NCBI GenBank assembly: GCA_016180435.1
Contig: JACPBG010000004.1
Span: 59,660-123,659, forward strand
Source of the DNA: Candidatus Sungiibacteriota bacterium
GTDB taxonomy: Bacteria; Patescibacteriota; Minisyncoccia; Sungbacterales; HO2-52-23
Length of the DNA: 64,000 nucleotides
Direction: 5' to 3'
The notes under the pieces were generated by a model. That model did no database searches and was not told where the DNA came from. It worked only from the letters and a program-made list of their open reading frames with translations. The translations under genes and the position numbers were made by a program. Below are positions 58,325-64,000 of the stretch, in pieces. Positions within the stretch are counted from its first letter, which is position 1, and each line of letters opens with the position of its first letter.

Positions 58325-59962
58325 TCAATTTTTACTTATGCCGAATGATACGGAAATCAAGTCAAGAATTGTTTTTTCCGGATAGGTTTTAAGCAGAGTT
58401 TGATAATCAACGTAATATTTTGTCTGTCCGTAGTATCGGACAAATGAGGGCGGCATATCGCCGTGCCACACTGATCCGGAAAATGGCAGAAAATAGAGCG
58501 AGGGGAAAGAGCGCGTGATAAAGAGCTCTTTTAACTCAAGGGGTTGGGGAAGAAGCGCGGTTAGTTTCATCAGGTTCCGGTTTTCAGCAACTCCCCGGCG
58601 GATGAGTGCTTCAAAATATCCGCTTTTCTCCCGGTTGACCTCAATAATTTCGCGAAGCAGGTCCGGAGTATCGTTTCCGGCAAGTTCGCGTAATTTTCCA
58701 TCCGGATATTTTTCAAGTGCCAATCGGATGGCGTAAAGCACCCGGTCCTGCGTTTCACGCCAGATCGGATCTGCTTTAAGAAATGAGTCAATTGCGGACA
58801 CAAGTTCGGGCAATTCTATATTCCAGTGGCTGGCGCGCCACTCCAGCAGCAATTTCCGCACGCGATATAGCGTAAAAATCTGGGCGTGGTAGGAAACATC
58901 CGGACAGGAATAATAATTGAAGTTTGGCTGCCAGTAATATTCAAGTCCGGCTTGGCGGAGCGGCTTGAAAAATCGCGTTTCCTCGCCATAACTCAGGGTG
59001 AAGTGAAAAAAGGTTTGGCGTATGGAAAGCGGAGTAAGAAATTTGTTGACCCCGTTAGAACTCCGCTGACTCCTGCTCGCCTCGCTAAAGCTATGGCGAA
59101 GCGGGTCGGCGGTAACGGCAGAGATAGTCGATGGGGGTGTAATACCCTCATCGGCGGGTTGTGAAGCGCCCGTTCTAACGGGGTTGACGCGCGCCAGGTA
59201 AAAAAGATCGCGTTCTCCTTTGGCCGGGTCTCCTCCACAGCCAGTCGGAATTTCGGCCAAAGGCATGACCGGCAGCCACTTCATGCGTTCAATGATTTTT
59301 TTTGTAAATGCAAGGTTACGCAGTTCGTCGGGGGCTAAAATCGGATTTGGCGCTATGACAGGCGCGGCAATGGTAACCGGCAAGGATGGCGCGGCGCGTT
59401 GAGTCGGGGTTTTTGCGTTTGCGATCAGCGCCGAAATATTGGAAAGAAGCATTTCGCGGGTTATAACGCTTGTCCCATAATGGTAAAATTCATTTTTTGT
59501 AACGCGGGGCAGATTTTCTAGCGCGTTTTGATATTGTAAAAGATCTTTTTGATATAACGCTGCAGTGCGGTTAAGCGCCCGACGGTATGTTAAAAAATTT
59601 TTCAATGCCAGATTTTTTATAAATGCGCGGCGCGTCTCCTCCAGGTTCGGCAGTGATTCCAGAAAATCAATAGGGTGAAAAGAGGTTTCAATGAGCTGTT
59701 TGTCCCCATCTTTAGGATAGAGGGCGGCGACTGCGTTGACGGTTTCTTTCAATTCTTTTATTTTAACGCGGAGCGTTGCGGTGTCTGCTCCCGTAAGCCC
59801 AAAACGCGGTTGGGTCCGGGCTTCCTCCAGCGCCGCAAAAATTATTTGTCTTGACCATCCCCAGATCAGCAGTATGGAAACGCAAATAAACGCCAAGGCG
59901 GTTACGCCTTTGCGCAAATTATCCGTTTGCAGCAGTTTTCTATTTTTTTTATTTATGTTCAT
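58325..59962 (-). CDS. Hypothetical membrane-anchored protein (paralog of 61373-62731)
   Basis: N-terminal TM helix; HPIDFLE, YYWQ, FITRSFPSLYFLPFSGSVW. Confidence 0.75.
   Translation of the reverse strand: MNINKKNRKLLQTDNLRKGVTALAFICVSILLIWGWSRQIIFAALEEARTQPRFGLTGADTATLRVKIKELKETVNAVAALYPKDGDKQLIETSFHPIDFLESLPNLEETRRAFIKNLALKNFLTYRRALNRTAALYQKDLLQYQNALENLPRVTKNEFYHYGTSVITREMLLSNISALIANAKTPTQRAAPSLPVTIAAPVIAPNPILAPDELRNLAFTKKIIERMKWLPVMPLAEIPTGCGGDPAKGERDLFYLARVNPVRTGASQPADEGITPPSTISAVTADPLRHSFSEASRSQRSSNGVNKFLTPLSIRQTFFHFTLSYGEETRFFKPLRQAGLEYYWQPNFNYYSCPDVSYHAQIFTLYRVRKLLLEWRASHWNIELPELVSAIDSFLKADPIWRETQDRVLYAIRLALEKYPDGKLRELAGNDTPDLLREIIEVNREKSGYFEALIRRGVAENRNLMKLTALLPQPLELKELFITRSFPSLYFLPFSGSVWHGDMPPSFVRYYGQTKYYVDYQTLLKTYPEKTILDLISVSFGISKN
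59050..59183. mobile_element. CCCCGTTAGAA element, in frame, flanked by TTGA direct repeats
   Basis: ttga-ccccgttagaac...gttctaacgggg-ttga; 134+4=138 bp. Confidence 0.85.
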
Positions 59963-60003
59963 CGTATGTCAATTGTCAACTGTTAATTGTTAAATGTTGG
60001 TTG

Positions 60004-61365
60004 TCAGTCGTCGGTATCATCTATTTTCCGGATAAGGATTTGTTTGGCCGCGTCCGGAAAACCGCCCCTGATTTCTATTATCAGGGGCAGAAACCGGCCC
60101 GCAGATGCGAGATCCGCCAGGGTCTTATCCGGGGTTAAAAATAAATTTCTACTTATGTGCTCGGCTAGCCACGTTAAAAAATGGTTGATATCCAAAATAT
60201 GGGAGTCCGCGGGCTGGATTAATATTCTTAATTCACCAAGCAATTTTCCGCCGGTTTGTTTTTCCCGTACTTCTCCGCGCCACTCCTTAACGTATGATTT
60301 TAGGGAGCCCATGACCCTTTCCAGTTCCGTTCTCACGATAAGCGCGCCTCCGTATCGGATGTAGTCGTAATTTTTTCGGCCCGCCAGAAAAAGCGTGAAT
60401 TTCGCTCCGCAGGGGCATTTTTCTTTCACGACTCGTCCCATGTCGCCGGTGCGATAACGCAGCAGCGCCCATCTGTGGTTGAGGTGGGTGACCGCAATTT
60501 CGCCGCAACCGTTTTCATCCATATCCACCAATTCTATAATAGTACCATTTAAAAAATTGGGGTGGTACACGTCCTGGCGTCCATATCTTCGTTTCAGTTC
60601 CGGGCATGAGTGAGAAATCTTTCCGGCTTCGGTCATGGTGTAATTTAGATTAAGTCTCGCATTATGGAAAAATTCATGAATAATGCGGCGCTGGGTGGCG
60701 CTCAAGAAATCCCCACTCAAGTCAATAATTTGGATTTTAGAAGACAATGCTTCGGCCGCCGTAAAGACAGATGTGAATCTGATAAGATTTGCGGGGAAAC
60801 TGAAAATATTATCTGCGCCAAATTCTTCGAGGGCCTGCCGCATTTTGATGTTAAGACGCGCGGGGTCGAGTATAAGTGTTTGTAAAACCCCATTTGGTTC
60901 GCGGCGATTGCCCAAAATGTTTAGCAGAACGCCGCGTAGGCAAATCATAAATGGCCCTTCAATCCAAAGAGTGCGTTTTCTGCCGGAGCGCGCCAGGCCG
61001 ACCGGCATTAAAAAAAGAGGCGGTTCGTTTAGCGAAACGGTGCCGGAAGTGGCGCGCAGAATAAAATGACGGGTTTTATTTTTGATTTCCTCCCGCAGAT
61101 CAATCAGCCGCGGGTTTAGGCCAATTTTAAAAAAATCATCTTTAACCAGAAACGGAACGCGTTTCCACTGTTCTTTATCCATTTTTCCGGCTGTGAACCG
61201 AAAATTATGGTTGCCGAAATGTCTTTGCCAAAATTCGAGCTTCTGCAGTTCGGTTAAAAATTTTCCTAATTCGGACAAGGTAAGTTGTTGGGATTTTTGG
61301 GAAATAAATCCCCCTACCATGAATTTACGTTCGGGGCGTTCTTTTTTATGCGCGGTCGTGTCCAT
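60004..61365 (-). CDS. PaaK-like (phenylacetate-CoA ligase family) adenylate-forming enzyme
   Basis: VPFLVKDD, ATSGT, SGD, YTMTEAG, LLRYRTGD, GRK; start uncertain. Confidence 0.82.
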   Translation of the reverse strand: MDTTAHKKERPERKFMVGGFISQKSQQLTLSELGKFLTELQKLEFWQRHFGNHNFRFTAGKMDKEQWKRVPFLVKDDFFKIGLNPRLIDLREEIKNKTRHFILRATSGTVSLNEPPLFLMPVGLARSGRKRTLWIEGPFMICLRGVLLNILGNRREPNGVLQTLILDPARLNIKMRQALEEFGADNIFSFPANLIRFTSVFTAAEALSSKIQIIDLSGDFLSATQRRIIHEFFHNARLNLNYTMTEAGKISHSCPELKRRYGRQDVYHPNFLNGTIIELVDMDENGCGEIAVTHLNHRWALLRYRTGDMGRVVKEKCPCGAKFTLFLAGRKNYDYIRYGGALIVRTELERVMGSLKSYVKEWRGEVREKQTGGKLLGELRILIQPADSHILDINHFLTWLAEHISRNLFLTPDKTLADLASAGRFLPLIIEIRGGFPDAAKQILIRKIDDTDD

Positions 61366-61372
61366 GGTCTTT

Positions 61373-62731
61373 TTAATAAAGTTGTTTCCAATCCATATGG
61401 CGGTATTTTTTGCTTTCAAAAATCTTTTCTAAAATTTCTGAAGAAACAAACGGTTCAATCTCTTCGAGGGTCTTGTAAATTCCCCCATTCCCAAAGCGGC
61501 TGCCTAAAAATCTCGGCGCATCGGATATGCGCCAGACACTGCGGTTAAAAGTCAAATAATATAGAGATGGATAGGACCGGGCAATAAAATTATAAAGCGG
61601 GGAGGGATTTTGGCCGGCCCGGGCCTGGACCTTTGACATAACCATATAAGACCGTTCGTGCTGTACCCCGGTCCATAAAATCAGGTCCAGCATACTTGAT
61701 TTCTGGCTAAGAACCGCCTGATGGTCTAAAAATGTGCGTCTCCAGTTTAAGTCCGTTAGGGTGGCCAAATCAGCATAATAACGAAGGTCTAGAACCGAGT
61801 AAAACGAGGTTACGTCTTGGTGCCAATAACGGACGCCGCGCTTGAGCGAGGGCTCGTATATGGCGCGGGTTCGGTTGTCAAACGGACTTTGTGCCGCAGG
61901 CAGGGCGCTTTCGGTTTTGGTTAATTCCAGGAAAAAACGGCAATCCGCCAGTGAAATATGAAAACTGCGGCGATTACGGTTGTCTCGGGTAACATAAGTG
62001 AAAAAGTTATGGATTCTGGGCGTGCCGTCCAAATGAGCGAATTCATAAAAAATAGGGCCGTATTTCTCAACCAGGCCGGATATATGTTTTTCTTCCAGAC
62101 GGAGAATTTCTTGATATTTTTCGGAAAGAGACGGCCCCTGAATTTTCCAGGGAATGGGGTCAGCCCCGGGAGGTTGCGCATCCGAAAAATTTATACTTTT
62201 GAAATCGCCGCGTTCAAAAATATTGCGGCGGCGTTTCACCTCCTTCTTTAACTCTTTTAGATTGGAGTAAATGACTTCAATTGATTTAAGAAACTCGGCG
62301 AGTGAAATGCTATTGGTATGAAAATAAAAAATCGAGGTGTCCGGCGGAATATGTTCTTGCCGGCATAAATCCAAAATGGAATCGCGGTAGGCCGTTAGGT
62401 TAAGTTCCAACGCGGAAACAGTTTTTTCGTGCGTGCGCAGGAGCAATTCGGCATTTTTTTCTGAGGGGCTGATTATAAATCGGCGCCGTTGGCGCTCGCT
62501 TTCCAAAAATCTTTTTAAGAAACCGATGGGATGCAGTGTTTCCGTGAAAGGATGCCAAAAACAAAACCAGCGGTGCGACGGGCGCCATACCCGTTCCACC
62601 TCGCGCGTTAAAAATTCCAGTTCCTCCAGCGCCCACTTGGCGTTGTCAATATCCAGCCCCTCGGCCGCAAACAAGGGGTCGCGGAGCGTGAAGTTGTGGA
62701 ACGATTTTATTTTTTTATCCATTGATTTCAT
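61373..62731 (-). CDS. Hypothetical protein (paralog of 58325-59962)
   Basis: HPIGFLK, RYWHQ, FIARSYPSLYYLTFNRSVW. Confidence 0.75.
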   Translation of the reverse strand: MKSMDKKIKSFHNFTLRDPLFAAEGLDIDNAKWALEELEFLTREVERVWRPSHRWFCFWHPFTETLHPIGFLKRFLESERQRRRFIISPSEKNAELLLRTHEKTVSALELNLTAYRDSILDLCRQEHIPPDTSIFYFHTNSISLAEFLKSIEVIYSNLKELKKEVKRRRNIFERGDFKSINFSDAQPPGADPIPWKIQGPSLSEKYQEILRLEEKHISGLVEKYGPIFYEFAHLDGTPRIHNFFTYVTRDNRNRRSFHISLADCRFFLELTKTESALPAAQSPFDNRTRAIYEPSLKRGVRYWHQDVTSFYSVLDLRYYADLATLTDLNWRRTFLDHQAVLSQKSSMLDLILWTGVQHERSYMVMSKVQARAGQNPSPLYNFIARSYPSLYYLTFNRSVWRISDAPRFLGSRFGNGGIYKTLEEIEPFVSSEILEKIFESKKYRHMDWKQLY

Positions 62732-62893
62732 GGGTCTGTTGCCGAATGCGCTTTCGTCGCGAAATTTCAGAATTTCGAGGCAAAATCATTGAACAAATTT
62801 GGCGGTTTATCTGAAAGATAAGCCAAGAAATTTTGAGATGATTTTGACCGGAATTCTGAAATTGCAGTAGAAATGGCATTTGGCAACAGACCC
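62732..62893. mobile_element. MITE-like element, homolog of 15451-15572
   Basis: gggtctgttgccgaatgcgctttcgt...tatctgaaagataagccaag...tggcaacagaccc. Confidence 0.75.
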
Positions 62894-62922
62894 CCACAAG
62901 TGAAAAAATCTGCATCTTAAGA

Positions 62923-63999
62923 TTAAGATGCAGATGTGGTTTTATCAGACAGGGTGGCATAGTTGAATATTTTGGGACGCAACCATCCGCCGACCAGGCA
63001 GGCTATCAGAGTTATGGCAATTGGAACTAAACTTCCCACCGAAGAAATAGTCGGGTTTTTAACGATTGATCCGTAAACAAAGAGCGGCACGCCTATAACC
63101 ATACCCAGAATAATACCCCAAAAAGTGAATAATGGGGAGAGTTTTGACCAGAACAGCGAAAGAATTGTTGGCATAAGTAGCGCGCCGCGGAATGGAGCCA
63201 TTATAAGAATAAGGTATAAAAGCTGGATATTCGGAATTAGAGAGATAGACATTCCGATCAAAATCATAATAACCATACTTATTCTGGAAGCCATAACCAG
63301 CGCGCGATCCGAAGGGTCGGGTCGGAAAAATTTATATATGTCAACTGCGCCGATTGAACTTACCGCGGTCAGCGCCGAGCTTCCGGCTGCCACGAGGCTA
63401 GCCAGCACCATGGCTGTAAAACCCAGTACGGCGATGCCGGGTAAAAAATAGACAGCCGCGTAAAAACCGGCTAACTGATTTTGGTCCTTCGGTATATTTA
63501 AAATAGACGCATGATTTACCGCCACATAGCCAAGCATGCCCAGCATAATCGGCACAAAAGCGAACAGAAATCCTCCCCATAAGAATGAGCGCCGGACAAT
63601 TTTGTGTTTCATCGAAAAAGCGCGTTGCCATTGCTGTTGGTCCATTACGACTCCGGAAAAGAGCGTGATGCTGACGGGTACGCCGAAAGACCAGGCCACC
63701 GCCGGGTCAAAGATATGGGTAAAAGTTCCTTTTATTCCCCCTAAGCCGGATGTTATAGAATCAAGTCCCCCGCTTTCAAAAATCGTCCAGGGCACGATAA
63801 TAAACGCAACCATACAAATTAAAACGGCCTTAATAGTATCTTCAGTCAAAGAAGAGCGGATTCCTTTAAGCACGGAGAGTGAAACCATCATTAAGCCCAA
63901 AATCACGATTAGGGTTGATTTGGGAATCCCGGTAACCAAGTTCAGCATCAGAAGCGCTGCGGTTAAATTAAAGACGATCGCATAGTTCTGGGCCGCGAA
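62923..63999 (-). CDS. Sodium:solute symporter family protein (5' partial)
   Basis: GIRSSLTED, DQQQWQRAFS, many TM helices; the frame is open to the window end. Confidence 0.85.
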   Translation of the reverse strand, partial: FAAQNYAIVFNLTAALLMLNLVTGIPKSTLIVILGLMMVSLSVLKGIRSSLTEDTIKAVLICMVAFIIVPWTIFESGGLDSITSGLGGIKGTFTHIFDPAVAWSFGVPVSITLFSGVVMDQQQWQRAFSMKHKIVRRSFLWGGFLFAFVPIMLGMLGYVAVNHASILNIPKDQNQLAGFYAAVYFLPGIAVLGFTAMVLASLVAAGSSALTAVSSIGAVDIYKFFRPDPSDRALVMASRISMVIMILIGMSISLIPNIQLLYLILIMAPFRGALLMPTILSLFWSKLSPLFTFWGIILGMVIGVPLFVYGSIVKNPTISSVGSLVPIAITLIACLVGGWLRPKIFNYATLSDKTTSAS

Positions 64000-64000
64000 A

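Overview
64-kb bacterial chromosome segment, most likely from a Patescibacteria/CPR (Parcubacteria-like) genome. This is inferred from gene style: ValRS carrying inserted domains, single-chain PheRS, PaaX-like and GxxExxY genes, and many small palindromic elements. The housekeeping backbone is valS, prsW, hsp20, htrA, hisS, recG, ftsH, thyX, tmk, rplK-nusG-secE, gyrB and pheS, with six tRNAs including a rare tRNA-Ile(UAU). Accessory highlights: (1) a co-oriented proteostasis locus, ARC ATPase - Dop-like - 66-aa Pup/UBact-like modifier ending in GE - degenerate PafA-like - PrkA - divergent PrkA paralog - YeaH - SpoVR - conserved hypothetical, with no 20S proteasome genes in the window; (2) two tRNA-anchored islands in which attP appears to lie inside a large serine recombinase gene and whose cargo is bracketed by inverted copies of the att arms, one carrying an EVE-nuclease/ParB/nuclease-like/Dam defence-like operon; (3) a synonymously recoded duplicate of the gyrB 3' end; (4) several families of miniature inverted-repeat elements, some inserted in frame into valS and recG; (5) a nucleotide-metabolism cluster with two unknown DGxHR paralogs; (6) a PaaK-like ligase flanked by two unknown paralogs. 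All calls come from motif recognition by eye; no database searches were run.
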